Counted from the first letter of the stretch, positions 38,223 through 48,543 are shown. The stretch: 58,334 nucleotides of DNA from Candidatus Woesearchaeota archaeon (GCA_038874655.1 JAVZBY010000005.1:6430-64763); one strand, 5' to 3'. Notes: a model not told the origin generated them from the sequence alone. Numbers and translations are program-made.

Positions 38223-41200
38223 TCAAAGATTTTTAAATGCTATGTCTATGGTTTCATCTGGCCATCCAACACTTTTTAATTTTTCTTTAATTTTATTATC
38301 ATCTGTTGTTTTTCTCATTTCTATAATGTATTTTTTTATTTTATCTAATTCTGTAACTGGAATTTTTATTTCTGATAATGCTAAATTAACAATATTTTCA
38401 GGCCATCCTACTTTTAAAAGAGCATTTTTTATTGATATTGAATCAATTCCCTCTTCTCTGCATTTCAAAATGTAATTTTTTAGTTCTGTTAAATCTTGAT
38501 CTTTGTTAATTGAAACTGTTTTCTGAGAAATAGTTAAAATTAGTATAATAGAAATTATAGAAAATATAAAGATTCCAATTAAATAAGGCAGTATATTAAA
38601 ATTTTTTTCGTTAGTTTTTGAATTATTTTGTGTATTAATTTGTTTAGGACTTTCTCTTTTATCTTCTATGTTTTGATTATTTTGTGTATTAATATTTTGA
38701 TTGTTATTAGAAGAAGTTTGACTATTTTGAGTTTCTTGATTTGTGTTTATTGGGTTTTGTTGCTGAGTTTGAGTTTGTTCTTGTAAATTTTTCTCACCAG
38801 CAATTGAAAAATAACTAAATCCTGGAGTAATTGCTTCATAATAAGTATATGAATTATCACTACCTAATTTTGAGGTTTGTAGTTGTTGCCATTCATTTTT
38901 ATATCTATAAAGTTTTATTTTTGTTGAATCTATATTATTTAAATTTATCCAAGTATTTTCAACTCTAAACTTAATCTTTATAGAAGATAAATTTGCTTGC
39001 GTATAATCTATTTTTATATAATCATAAAAATTTGTAAGATTGACTATTGTAGAAGGTAATTGATTAATTTTTTCAACTGAGATTTGTAAATTTGTTGTCA
39101 TATTATTATCTAAGTTAAAAATAATCTGTAATATAGGTATTTGTGAATTAGGTATGTTTAAAACATATTCTCCTTTAGTGGGTTTTATCCAAACTTTTGT
39201 AAATTTGTATATATTATTTTCGGGTTCTGAATTACTTGAACTAGTGCTTGAGCTACTTTCTTCATAATTATAATTTTGTAATGTTTTTATTGAATCTCTT
39301 ATTGTATTACAATTTCCTAGTTGATCACATGCTGTTATGTTGAAGTAATATGTTGTGTCTTGATCTAAGTCAATGAATTTAGCTGAACTAATATTTGCAT
39401 AATAAGGATAATAAATTGTCTGTTTATCAATTAGTTTGAAAGTCCAATTACTAGGCTCATTTGTTGAAAAAGTAATATTTATTGTATCATTTGTGGCTTG
39501 CTTTTTAATGATTGTAATTAATGGTTTTTCTGTATCATTAATAGTAAAATTAATAATAAATAATTTTGATATGCCATAGTATTCTGTGCAATTTATTTTT
39601 ATTGAATGATTATTATTTGAATAAATGCTAAAGTTTGTTAAAAAGGAAGTAGAATATTGAAAATTATTCAAATTAATATAGTTTTGATTATTAATAGAAT
39701 ATTTACATTTGGAAGTTTCATTTAAAGTAAAGGCTAGTGGAATCTGAAAACTCTTATTAATTGTGGATTTATTTTGTGGTGAATTTAAAAATATCTCTAA
39801 ATTAGGTAAAGAAATTGTTTGTAGAGTTGAATTAATTGAACTAAAATAAGATGTTTCATTATAAAAAGAACATTCTAATTTTATGGTGTCTTCAAATTTT
39901 AAATCTGGATTCATTAAAATGTTTGTGGTATTATAATTAGAAATAAAAGGTATTTTAAAAGGAGAAATAAGTTCCAATGCTTGCTCAATATCAGACTCCA
40001 AACTTAGAATATATGCTGCTAAAATACCTGATGTAAAAGTACCCCAACACACAGGTGTTTTATTTAATAATATACCACATGTAGCTAATATGTCTGCATC
40101 AATATCTAATAATTCTGAAATATTTACTGCAACTGGCAAAGTTGAATTTTTTAAAGAACCATTGCCTAATTGTCCATAATTATTTTTACCCCAACAATAA
40201 GCAGAATTGTTTATTAAAAGACCACAAGAATAATCATAACCTAAACTAATTTTTTTAAAAAGATAATTTTCAATAGCAAATGGATTTGAAGAATTATCTA
40301 AACTGCCTATGCCCAATTGACCATGATCATTATTACCCCAACAATATAAAGAACCATTATTTAATAAACCACAAGTATGAGAAAATCCTGCTGAAATATC
40401 AATGAATTTATTTGAAAAATTAACTGCTACAGGACTTGAATAATTTTTAAAATCTCCTGTTCCTAAATTACCATAAATACCTAATCCCCAGCAATATGCA
40501 CTACCATTTACTAATATTCCACAAGTATGAGAAAATCCTGCACTTACATCTTTAAATAAGAAGCTTGAATTTACAAGTGTTGGCAAAGTTCTATTTGTTA
40601 TGTTTAAATCTGCATAACCAATGCCTAACTGACCATAAATATTAGAACCCCAACAATATAAAGAGTTATTTTCTGAAATTGCACAAGCATGCTCATAGCC
40701 AACACTAATCTTTGTGAAATTAATATTTGATTTTATTGGATAAGGAATTGTTTTATTTTCATAATTACCTATGCCTAATTGACCATAATCATTATTACCC
40801 CAACAATATAAAAAATTATTTTCTAGAATTCCACAAGAAAACATATATCCAGAAGATATCCTCTTGAATTTACTGCTTATATTAATTTTAGCTGGTTCTC
40901 CTTCATTAGTAATTGTTTTATTATCGCCTAATTGACCATAATCATTATAACCAAAACAATATTCACTAGTGCAAAAAAATAAAAAACCTACTGAAATAAA
41001 ATAGGGTGTGTAATAATCATAGACTTCTGCATTTTTGTATAATTTTGCTGTAAAAACATAATTATCATTATCTATATCATCATAATAACAGTTGCCATAT
41101 AAAATAGAATCATTTCTAAATCTGTTTTTTGTGAATTTTTCTGAGGAATTAAGTTCAGAATAAAAAATGGGCAAAGAATCTTTGACTTCAACAACTGTAG

Positions 41201-41891
41201 AATTAAAATTTGAATAATCTATGTCGAAAGCCCTTATAGTTAAGTTGAATATTTCTCCTTTTTTTAAATAATTAATAGTTAAATTTTTTATTAATGCAAA
41301 AGAATTATTCTGTATACTTATATTTCCTGAGAATATTAAATCATTTTGATTAAATTTGGTTTGATTATAAATATAATATTCCAAAATTAAAGTTTTATTA
41401 TAATCATCTTTTACAGAGATATTAAAAGTTATATTTGTTGTTTTATTTATATTATTGGGTATAACTTCTAACTTGGTTATTTGGGGTTTATTATCTTCTA
41501 ATAAACTAAAATTCCAAATTCCTACAGAAACAAAACCTGTCTCATCTGTCAAATTAACAATCCATTTTAAATTATCACCTGGATTTAAAAAAACTTGACA
41601 AGAAACAGCTGTATTGTTATATATTGACTCATTATAACACAAGGTTGTATTGCTAGAATAATTAATAAATCTTACTGAACCAGTAGCGTAAGAATCTAAC
41701 TCCTCACTAATATAAAAAGTAATATTTAATAAAATGTTGGTATAAGGTTCTATTTGAGTATTATTTAAAGGATAATTTAGTGATGCATTTAAAGAAATAA
41801 CATTTTTAAAAGATAAAATAAAGATAAAATTTAATATTAATAATATTAGTATTTTAGATCTTTCTTTAAAATATTTATTATGAAAAAGCAT
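38223..41891 (-). CDS. Large surface protein: RCC1 repeats, Ig-like domains, PGF-pre-PGF domain, TM, cytoplasmic GWP repeats
   Basis: Repeated S.G..H.CG....G.LYCWG.N.YGQLG; EAITPGFSYFSI; Q/N-rich linker; TM; LLKVGWPENIV and LKSVGWPDETI. Confidence 0.88.
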   Translation of the reverse strand: MLFHNKYFKERSKILILLILNFIFILSFKNVISLNASLNYPLNNTQIEPYTNILLNITFYISEELDSYATGSVRFINYSSNTTLCYNESIYNNTAVSCQVFLNPGDNLKWIVNLTDETGFVSVGIWNFSLLEDNKPQITKLEVIPNNINKTTNITFNISVKDDYNKTLILEYYIYNQTKFNQNDLIFSGNISIQNNSFALIKNLTINYLKKGEIFNLTIRAFDIDYSNFNSTVVEVKDSLPIFYSELNSSEKFTKNRFRNDSILYGNCYYDDIDNDNYVFTAKLYKNAEVYDYYTPYFISVGFLFFCTSEYCFGYNDYGQLGDNKTITNEGEPAKINISSKFKRISSGYMFSCGILENNFLYCWGNNDYGQLGIGNYENKTIPYPIKSNINFTKISVGYEHACAISENNSLYCWGSNIYGQLGIGYADLNITNRTLPTLVNSSFLFKDVSAGFSHTCGILVNGSAYCWGLGIYGNLGTGDFKNYSSPVAVNFSNKFIDISAGFSHTCGLLNNGSLYCWGNNDHGQLGIGSLDNSSNPFAIENYLFKKISLGYDYSCGLLINNSAYCWGKNNYGQLGNGSLKNSTLPVAVNISELLDIDADILATCGILLNKTPVCWGTFTSGILAAYILSLESDIEQALELISPFKIPFISNYNTTNILMNPDLKFEDTIKLECSFYNETSYFSSINSTLQTISLPNLEIFLNSPQNKSTINKSFQIPLAFTLNETSKCKYSINNQNYINLNNFQYSTSFLTNFSIYSNNNHSIKINCTEYYGISKLFIINFTINDTEKPLITIIKKQATNDTINITFSTNEPSNWTFKLIDKQTIYYPYYANISSAKFIDLDQDTTYYFNITACDQLGNCNTIRDSIKTLQNYNYEESSSSTSSSNSEPENNIYKFTKVWIKPTKGEYVLNIPNSQIPILQIIFNLDNNMTTNLQISVEKINQLPSTIVNLTNFYDYIKIDYTQANLSSIKIKFRVENTWINLNNIDSTKIKLYRYKNEWQQLQTSKLGSDNSYTYYEAITPGFSYFSIAGEKNLQEQTQTQQQNPINTNQETQNSQTSSNNNQNINTQNNQNIEDKRESPKQINTQNNSKTNEKNFNILPYLIGIFIFSIISIILILTISQKTVSINKDQDLTELKNYILKCREEGIDSISIKNALLKVGWPENIVNLALSEIKIPVTELDKIKKYIIEMRKTTDDNKIKEKLKSVGWPDETIDIAFKNL

Positions 41892-41937
41892 AAATAAAAA
41901 TAATAAGATAGAATTTATATACTTTACTTAGATTATT

Positions 41938-42513
41938 TTAAAAAAACTGTTTAAAAAAATTAAAAAGATTTAATATAAAATTAAATCCGTCAAATCCAGG
42001 AAAAGGAATCATATTAAAAATAAATAGGAATAAATTTAATTTTCCAATAATTGCTAATGTTTTATAGTATTTTCTTTTTACTAATTTGAATTTAACTAAT
42101 AAAATGGATAAAGTATAAAAAATTAAATTGGTTAGTGGACCAGAAATTGAAACTATTGCAGATTCTAAAAAAGGCAATCTTGTATGAGAAACATAGCCCC
42201 CTACTAAAAAGAATATTGGCGCATTAATTAATCTTAATACAATTGCAATAATATACCAATCTATTGGAGCATGTAAAGTTGCTGTAGCACCAAAAGCCAT
42301 TGCTGTAAATTTATGTGCTAATTCATGAAAAACTATTGCTGGAGCAGCTATTATAGTTGCATATTTAAAATTTTCAAAAATAGAATTTTTTTTATAAAAA
42401 TTTATAGGGTCATATTCTTCATCTGGTTCTTTTTTTATAAATGTTGAGAATATAAAACCTATTGCAAATACCATTATGATTAAATCTATTATCTCTCCTA
42501 TAGTAAATAACAT
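41938..42513 (-). CDS. M50 (site-2) intramembrane metalloprotease
   Basis: FHELAHK, SGPLTN, FNMIPFPGFDG. Confidence 0.92.
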   Translation of the reverse strand: MLFTIGEIIDLIIMVFAIGFIFSTFIKKEPDEEYDPINFYKKNSIFENFKYATIIAAPAIVFHELAHKFTAMAFGATATLHAPIDWYIIAIVLRLINAPIFFLVGGYVSHTRLPFLESAIVSISGPLTNLIFYTLSILLVKFKLVKRKYYKTLAIIGKLNLFLFIFNMIPFPGFDGFNFILNLFNFFKQFF

Positions 42514-42603
42514 AAGTTTTTTTGAAATAAAAATATTTTATAAAAGTTTTGAAAATTTAAAAAAAACAAGCATTTTAAAAACTAATTTGTTTTTTAAGTT
42601 TTT

Positions 42604-42957
42604 ATGACAGAATTAATAACAATTTTATCAACTGGAAAAGGAACATGGACAGATGTAATTAAATTAATGAATTCCTATGATTGGGAAAAAGTAATTATAA
42701 TAACAAATCAATTTGGAAAAGAAACATTTAGAGCAAAAGAAAATATGGAATTTATTGTGGTTAATTTTGATGATACTATTGAAAATTTAATTGAAGCATT
42801 TAAAAAAAACCTTAAAGATAAATTAACAGGAACAGAAGTTGCTTTGAATTTCATTTCAGGACAAGGAAAAGAGCACATGGCTTTACTATCTGCTGTTTTA
42901 AAATTGGGATTAGGGATTAGATTAGTTGTTTATAGTAATGAAATTAAAGAAATTTAA
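42604..42957 (+). CDS. Stand-alone CARF-like Rossmann-fold protein
   Basis: LITILSTGKGT; EVALNFISGQGKEHMALLSA resembles CARF motif II; 117 aa with no effector domain. Confidence 0.55.
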   Translation: MTELITILSTGKGTWTDVIKLMNSYDWEKVIIITNQFGKETFRAKENMEFIVVNFDDTIENLIEAFKKNLKDKLTGTEVALNFISGQGKEHMALLSAVLKLGLGIRLVVYSNEIKEI

Positions 42958-43916
42958 TCAATATTTTTTATATCTTCCATAAGGTTTATTATTTCTTTGT
43001 AATCTTTTGCTTTTGATATTTTATCTCTTAGTAAAGATGCTCCTGTAAATTCTTTTGCAAAGTTTGTTGCTTGAAATTTTATATAAGTTATGTTCAAATA
43101 ATTGTATTTTTCACAAAGATTTACAAATTCTTTGAAATCATTAATTTTATCTGTAAATGTTTGTTTTGGCAATTTTTTTCCTGTTTCTAAAAAATAGTTT
43201 ATTCTTTTAAATACAAACGGATTGCCAATTGCTGCTCTACCTATCATTAATGCATCTACATTTGTTTCTAATGCTTTTTTTGCTGATTCTTCATCTTTTA
43301 CATCGCCGTTTAAGATCACAGGAATTTTTAATAGGGATTTTATTTTTTTTATTATCTGCCAATTTGCTTTTCCACTATAACCTTGCTTTTGTGTTCTACC
43401 ATGAACTGTTAATGCTTTTGCTCCATTTTTCTCTATTAATTTAGCGATTTCTATTGTTTCTTTTTCATCATTTAAAATTCTTATTTTACATGTTAATGGT
43501 ATTTTTATTGAAGACGAAATTTTTGAAACAATTTCTTTTATTTTATTTTTGTCTTTTAATAATTCTGAGCCAGCACCACATTTTATAACAGAATAAGCAG
43601 GACATCCAATATTTAAATCTATTAAATCAGGTTTCAAAATTTTTTCAACTTTTTTTGCGGCTTTGACTAATGAATCTACACATGAACCTGACAATTGAAC
43701 ACCAATAGGTTTTTCTTTGTTTAAAAAAAATGCTTTTTTATAGGATTTGTCTGATTCCTGTAAAAATGCTTCACTATGAATCATTTCAGAATAAACCAAT
43801 GATGCACCATATTTTTTACATATTAATCTAAAAGGTAATGAAGTTACATTACACATTGGTGCTAAAATTAAAATGCCTTTTATTTCTAAATTTCCAATAT
43901 AAAAAGTTTTTTTCAT
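42954..43916 (-). CDS. dus: tRNA-dihydrouridine synthase (DusB-like)
   Basis: LAPM, IDLNIGCP, GAGSELL, TVHGRT, NGDV, MIGRAAIGNP. Confidence 0.95.
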   Translation of the reverse strand: MKKTFYIGNLEIKGILILAPMCNVTSLPFRLICKKYGASLVYSEMIHSEAFLQESDKSYKKAFFLNKEKPIGVQLSGSCVDSLVKAAKKVEKILKPDLIDLNIGCPAYSVIKCGAGSELLKDKNKIKEIVSKISSSIKIPLTCKIRILNDEKETIEIAKLIEKNGAKALTVHGRTQKQGYSGKANWQIIKKIKSLLKIPVILNGDVKDEESAKKALETNVDALMIGRAAIGNPFVFKRINYFLETGKKLPKQTFTDKINDFKEFVNLCEKYNYLNITYIKFQATNFAKEFTGASLLRDKISKAKDYKEIINLMEDIKNID

Positions 43917-43960
43917 TTTTTTATTATAAAAATAGAAGTTTATTTAATTAATTTTTTTAA

Positions 43961-44560
43961 TTAAATTTTTTCACTCAAATAAATTTTATACCCTGATTTT
44001 TGTGCAATTACTTTTAAATTACCAAAAACATCCATCATTTTTTTTGATAAAGTAATGCCACCTTTTTTATGCCTAGCTACTATTTGAAATATACCATTTT
44101 TATTAAGATGTTTATAAGATTCTTCAATCATCATGAAACAAATTTCTTTACCTGCTGTTTGTGGAGGATTTAATAAAATAATGTCAAAAGTTTCATTAAT
44201 ATGAGAAAAAATATTGCTTTTTCTTGCTTCTATATTTTTATTTAATAAATTATGCAATTCAATATTTTTTCTTGCTAAAAAAACAGCTCTTTCATTTATA
44301 TCTGACATAATAACTTTTGTATTGGGGTATAATAATTTCACATAAATACCAACAACACCAATTCCACAACCTAAATCTAAAACAGAAGAATTATCATAAA
44401 TAATTGCTTCATTTAACAATAATTCTGTTCCTTTATCTAAATGATCCTTAGAAAAAACACCATTAGAAGAATATAAGTCAAATGAAATTTTTCTTGTTTT
44501 TATTATAATTTTTTTCATTAAAAAACTTGAATCTTGTTTTTCTGAAAAATAATGTGGCAT
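43961..44560 (-). CDS. Small class I SAM methyltransferase (RsmC/MJ0882-like)
   Basis: HYFSE, GVFSK..LDKGTELL, LDLGCGIG, LNPP..AGK. Confidence 0.9.
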   Translation of the reverse strand: MPHYFSEKQDSSFLMKKIIIKTRKISFDLYSSNGVFSKDHLDKGTELLLNEAIIYDNSSVLDLGCGIGVVGIYVKLLYPNTKVIMSDINERAVFLARKNIELHNLLNKNIEARKSNIFSHINETFDIILLNPPQTAGKEICFMMIEESYKHLNKNGIFQIVARHKKGGITLSKKMMDVFGNLKVIAQKSGYKIYLSEKI

Positions 44561-44623
44561 AATCTTTAGTTTAATTAGTTATTATAAAAAGTTATCTTAA
44601 TTATAATAGTAAGATTTAATTGT

Positions 44624-45166
44624 TTATAAAAAACTTAAAACAATATCTTTAAAAACTAAATAAATAAAAAGATTAAAAGAAACATTTGTAGTTAAATAAA
44701 GAATTGTTTCTTTATTTGGAAAACCTAATAAAAATTTATATATTGTTAAATTTATGAAATTATAAAAAAAGATTGCTAAAAACCAAACTATAACAGGTGA
44801 AAATATCCTAAAAAAGTTCAAGACTATTGCTAATAAAAAATAAGAAATAATTGCAAATATACTTTCTGATGAAAAATCTCTATTAGTTATCATCGCTGCT
44901 AAATTACTGATAAAACCTGCTAAAATACCAAAAAATAAATTATATTTATAGGTTATAAAAAAAACATTGAATGTGGTTAATTCTAAATCAATAGGTAAAT
45001 CAAAATATCTTTCATAAATCAAGATAAAAGAATTAAATATTGATAAAATAAGAATAAATAATAAAGGTTGATAATGTTTAATTAAAGGAATTATAAATGC
45101 TATTAATGCTAATATAGACAAAATTATTTTAAAATTTTCACTTTTAAAAAATCTTGATATTTTCAT
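44624..45166 (-). CDS. Integral membrane protein, ECF S-component-like (paralog B)
   Basis: About 6 TM; LPIDLELTTF....TYKYNLFFGILAG. Confidence 0.6.
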   Translation of the reverse strand: MKISRFFKSENFKIILSILALIAFIIPLIKHYQPLLFILILSIFNSFILIYERYFDLPIDLELTTFNVFFITYKYNLFFGILAGFISNLAAMITNRDFSSESIFAIISYFLLAIVLNFFRIFSPVIVWFLAIFFYNFINLTIYKFLLGFPNKETILYLTTNVSFNLFIYLVFKDIVLSFL

Positions 45167-45226
45167 TTTGAAATTAATAAATTAATTTAAAATAAATTTT
45201 TTGAGACATCTTAAAATTATGTAAAT

Positions 45227-45802
45227 TTATATCATTATACTTAATAAAGGTTCTGAAAAAGCAATAAAAAGTATGAAATTGAAAATTGTATTACTTAAAC
45301 CATAAGTCATTATTTCATAATCAGTTAACATTGTTATGTATTTAGAAACAAAGATTGTATAAATGTTAACAACTATTGTTGCTATTATACCTATTAAAAC
45401 AATTGGTAAAGCTTTAAGAAAATTAGATATAATTGCTGAGATAACATAACCAATTATCATAAAAATATGATCTACTCTAAAATTTCTATTATAGACAATT
45501 GCTGCAAATTTAGTTAAGATTGCTGTGAATAACCCCCATTTAAAACCATATGCTATAGTCATTAATGATGCTGTAAATGTTGAAAATTCAACATCAATTG
45601 GCAAAGAAACATATCTATCTATTGTTAATAAAAGTGCATTTGAAACACAAAAAATAGATAAATAAATTAAAGGCATTATTGGAATCTTTAAAAAAAATGT
45701 AAAAATATAAATTATTAAACCTAAAATAAGCCATTTTCTATCAATAGGTAATTTAGTATATTTTTTTCTAACCTCTGAAATTGGAACTTTTTTAATAGGC
45801 AT
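45227..45802 (-). CDS. Integral membrane protein, ECF S-component-like (paralog A)
   Basis: About 6 TM; LPIDVEFSTF....TIAYGFKWGLFTA. Confidence 0.6.
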   Translation of the reverse strand: MPIKKVPISEVRKKYTKLPIDRKWLILGLIIYIFTFFLKIPIMPLIYLSIFCVSNALLLTIDRYVSLPIDVEFSTFTASLMTIAYGFKWGLFTAILTKFAAIVYNRNFRVDHIFMIIGYVISAIISNFLKALPIVLIGIIATIVVNIYTIFVSKYITMLTDYEIMTYGLSNTIFNFILFIAFSEPLLSIMI

Positions 45803-45910
45803 TAATGATAAAATTTTTTTTATATTTAAAAAATTAATTAATATAACATAATGTTAAAAAAATAACTTGAATAATTAATTTTTAGATTTTTAATGAATTT
45901 TTTTAATAAA

Positions 45911-46000
45911 AGCCCCTGGGGAGACTTGAACTCCCGACTTGCAGTTTTTTTGCTTAAAAAGAGATACGAAACTGCCACTCTACCACTGAGTTACAGGGGC
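45911..46000 (-). tRNA. tRNA-Thr(CGT) with 18-nt intron at 37/38 (45947-45964)
   Basis: GCCCCTG/CAGGGGC acceptor, ACTC/GAGT D-stem, GCAGT/ACTGC anticodon stem, GGGAG-TTCAAGT-CTCCC T-arm, U discriminator, CCA not encoded. Confidence 0.95.
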
Positions 46001-46030
46001 TTTAATAGATTTATTGATTAAAATTCTAAA

Positions 46031-46189
46031 TTACTTTATTTTTAACAATATCTCTTCTTTTGTTTTATATCTCTTTTGACATTCATTACAAATTGGATAA
46101 AGTTTAGCATTTTTTTTTACATATGTGCCTAAAATTTTTCCAAGAAAGGTGTATTCTATTTTTTTATTACATATTGAGCATTTTACCAT
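46031..46189 (-). CDS. 52-aa zinc-finger-like microprotein
   Basis: Below track cut-off; MVKCSICNKKIEYTFLGKILGTYVKKNAKLYPICNECQKRY...; two CxxC; between lig and tRNA-Thr, same strand. Confidence 0.8.
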   Translation of the reverse strand: MVKCSICNKKIEYTFLGKILGTYVKKNAKLYPICNECQKRYKTKEEILLKIK

Positions 46190-46262
46190 TTTTTTATTGA
46201 ATTTTTTCTTTTTTAAAAAGATTAATGTTTGTTTTTTCTAATTTTCAATTTTAATTATTTAT

Positions 46263-48026
46263 TTAGTTTTTAGTTTCTCTCCCTTTTTGTGTTTGATATA
46301 AGTTTTCTATATAATTTAGATCACTAATTTCATCAATGTTTTTATCTTGTCTTAATCTTATAAATCTTGGGAATCTTAAAGCATAACCAGATTCATATGT
46401 GGGTGATTTTTGAATTTCTTCATATCCTACTTCTATAACAATTTCGGGTTTTAATTTAACATATTTACCTTGTTTTTTGATTATTAATGGCTCTAATAAC
46501 TTTGTTAATTCTTTAAATGAAAATCCTTGTTCTTCTAATTCTTTTAATCCTGTAGAAACTTTACCAATTTCCAAAAAATTATTATTTTCATCAATGCATG
46601 CAATGTAGAAGGTTGATAAAAATCCTGATCTTTTACCTTCACCATATTCTGCAGCAGTTATTACTAAATCTAATGGCTCCATTATTGGTTTTATTTTAAC
46701 ACCTGTTCCTATTTTTCTACCTGGTTTGTAAAAGCTTTTTAAATTTTTAGCCATTATGCCTTCAAAACCTAAAGAAAGTGCTTTTTTATAAAATATTTCT
46801 GCCTCTTTTTCATCTGAAGTGATAATTTGCTCTGCTAAAGTTATTGTATGCTCTTCTTGAGGGATTATTTTTTCAAGAAGTTTTCTTCTATCTTCAAAAG
46901 GTTCATTAATTAAGGTTTTATCTTCAAAAAAAAGAATGTCAAAAACTTTGATCTCTACTGGAAATTTTTCTGCCATCTCTAATATATTATATTTTCTTTT
47001 TATTCTCTGAGAAATTTGTTGAAAAGGAATATTTTTTAATGTTTTTTTATCATATGCTATTGCCTCTGAATCCAAAATTATTTTTTCTACTTTGATTTTT
47101 TCTAGGTATTTTATAATTTCTGGGAATTGTTCTGAAACATCTTCTAAATTTCTAGTATAGAGCTTTATTTCATTTTGATTTTTATGAATTTGTAATCTAA
47201 AACCATCGTATTTATATTCAAATGCTAACGGCTTTCCCAAGACACAAAAAGCTTCATTTATATTACTTGCTTTGTAGAAAAGCATTAAATTTATAGGTTT
47301 TCCAGGTTGAATTTGTATATTATCTAGACTATGATTTTTTGCTAACATTAAAGATATTTCACCATAATCATTTAAAATATCATAAGCAAATTGAATTTTA
47401 TCAATTAATTTTCTATATTCGGGATTTGCTTCTAATTCATTTTCTTCTATATTATAATTTAAGTTTAATTTTTCAGAGAAAAATGCCCAAATCAATGAAT
47501 CTCTTATCGTGCTTTTCCCAAAACCTAATCTTAAATTATCTAATAAAGTTCTTATTATGTATTTTGCTTCAATTGGCTCTGCATTTATTAATAATTCTGA
47601 AATTATTGTAATTTTATTTTCTATGCTGCCTTTGCCTTCGTATTCAGAGAGATTTTTTATTGCATCATAAACTTCTTTTATTGTTAGTTTTCTAGGAAAT
47701 AATGATGCTTGTTTTTTTTTGTTTAGCAAATAATAACCGACATCTCCTAAATCACCTAATTCTTTTAATTTTTCAATTATTTTTTGTTCTTGCATTAGTG
47801 AGGCTTTACTTATTGCCTTTATTACTAATTTGTCTGCAATACCTATTTTTTTTTGAGAAAAATCAGGAAAAACTTTTCCTTGGATAAGCATTACTGCTAT
47901 TGGTAAAAGATCAAATTCTTTTTCTGAAATTTTTTTTATGAAATTAGCAATTAAAAAAGTTTTTTCTAATCTCTTATTTGTTTTTGACAAAGATTCATAT
48001 AACTCAACTAATTCTCTGTAATCCAT
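46263..48026 (-). CDS. lig: ATP-dependent DNA ligase
   Basis: EYKYDGFRLQIH, EGIMAK, LDLVI, YALRFPRFIRLRQDK. Confidence 0.97.
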   Translation of the reverse strand: MDYRELVELYESLSKTNKRLEKTFLIANFIKKISEKEFDLLPIAVMLIQGKVFPDFSQKKIGIADKLVIKAISKASLMQEQKIIEKLKELGDLGDVGYYLLNKKKQASLFPRKLTIKEVYDAIKNLSEYEGKGSIENKITIISELLINAEPIEAKYIIRTLLDNLRLGFGKSTIRDSLIWAFFSEKLNLNYNIEENELEANPEYRKLIDKIQFAYDILNDYGEISLMLAKNHSLDNIQIQPGKPINLMLFYKASNINEAFCVLGKPLAFEYKYDGFRLQIHKNQNEIKLYTRNLEDVSEQFPEIIKYLEKIKVEKIILDSEAIAYDKKTLKNIPFQQISQRIKRKYNILEMAEKFPVEIKVFDILFFEDKTLINEPFEDRRKLLEKIIPQEEHTITLAEQIITSDEKEAEIFYKKALSLGFEGIMAKNLKSFYKPGRKIGTGVKIKPIMEPLDLVITAAEYGEGKRSGFLSTFYIACIDENNNFLEIGKVSTGLKELEEQGFSFKELTKLLEPLIIKKQGKYVKLKPEIVIEVGYEEIQKSPTYESGYALRFPRFIRLRQDKNIDEISDLNYIENLYQTQKGRETKN

Positions 48027-48090
48027 AATGCATCAATAAATTTAAGAATTAATAAATTTATTTTTTTTTATTTTTTTAAATTTATTTTTT

Positions 48091-48543
48091 TTATAATTTA
48101 AGCTTTTTTTCCTTTTTTGCAAATTTTTTTAATGAGGATATATCTGTTTTTTTTAATTTTGCTTCATAAATAGCATTTTCCCATGTTTTGAAATATTTTT
48201 TATAAGTAGAATATGAACCTGCCCATTTTCTATTTTTTAAATCTTTTGGCTGAGGAATTCTGTTTAATTCCTTATATAGAATTTTTAAATTTTCAATTAG
48301 TTCTTGTTTTAAAAACTTTTTTTGATTAATTATTAAAGAAGCTTCTTTTAGTGCATTATTCCATGAACCAAACCTCTTAATGTATGTTGTTGATGAAGGA
48401 ATAGGATATTTTTTATTTTTTTGTATTTCTAAAAGATTATTTTTTTTATTTAAATCACTTATCTTTGGTGTTCTATTTATTTTTTTACTAAGTTCTTTTA
48501 AAAAGAATATAAGCTGTTCTTTTGTGTATTTAGTTTTATACAT
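48091..48543 (-). CDS. Protein made of two homing-endonuclease-associated repeats, no nuclease domain
   Basis: YTKEQLI..LKEL....RTP...SSTTYIKRFGSWNNALKEA and KQELI..LK.L....RIP...SYSTYKKYFKTWENAIYEA. Confidence 0.8.
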   Translation of the reverse strand: MYKTKYTKEQLIFFLKELSKKINRTPKISDLNKKNNLLEIQKNKKYPIPSSTTYIKRFGSWNNALKEASLIINQKKFLKQELIENLKILYKELNRIPQPKDLKNRKWAGSYSTYKKYFKTWENAIYEAKLKKTDISSLKKFAKKEKKLKL

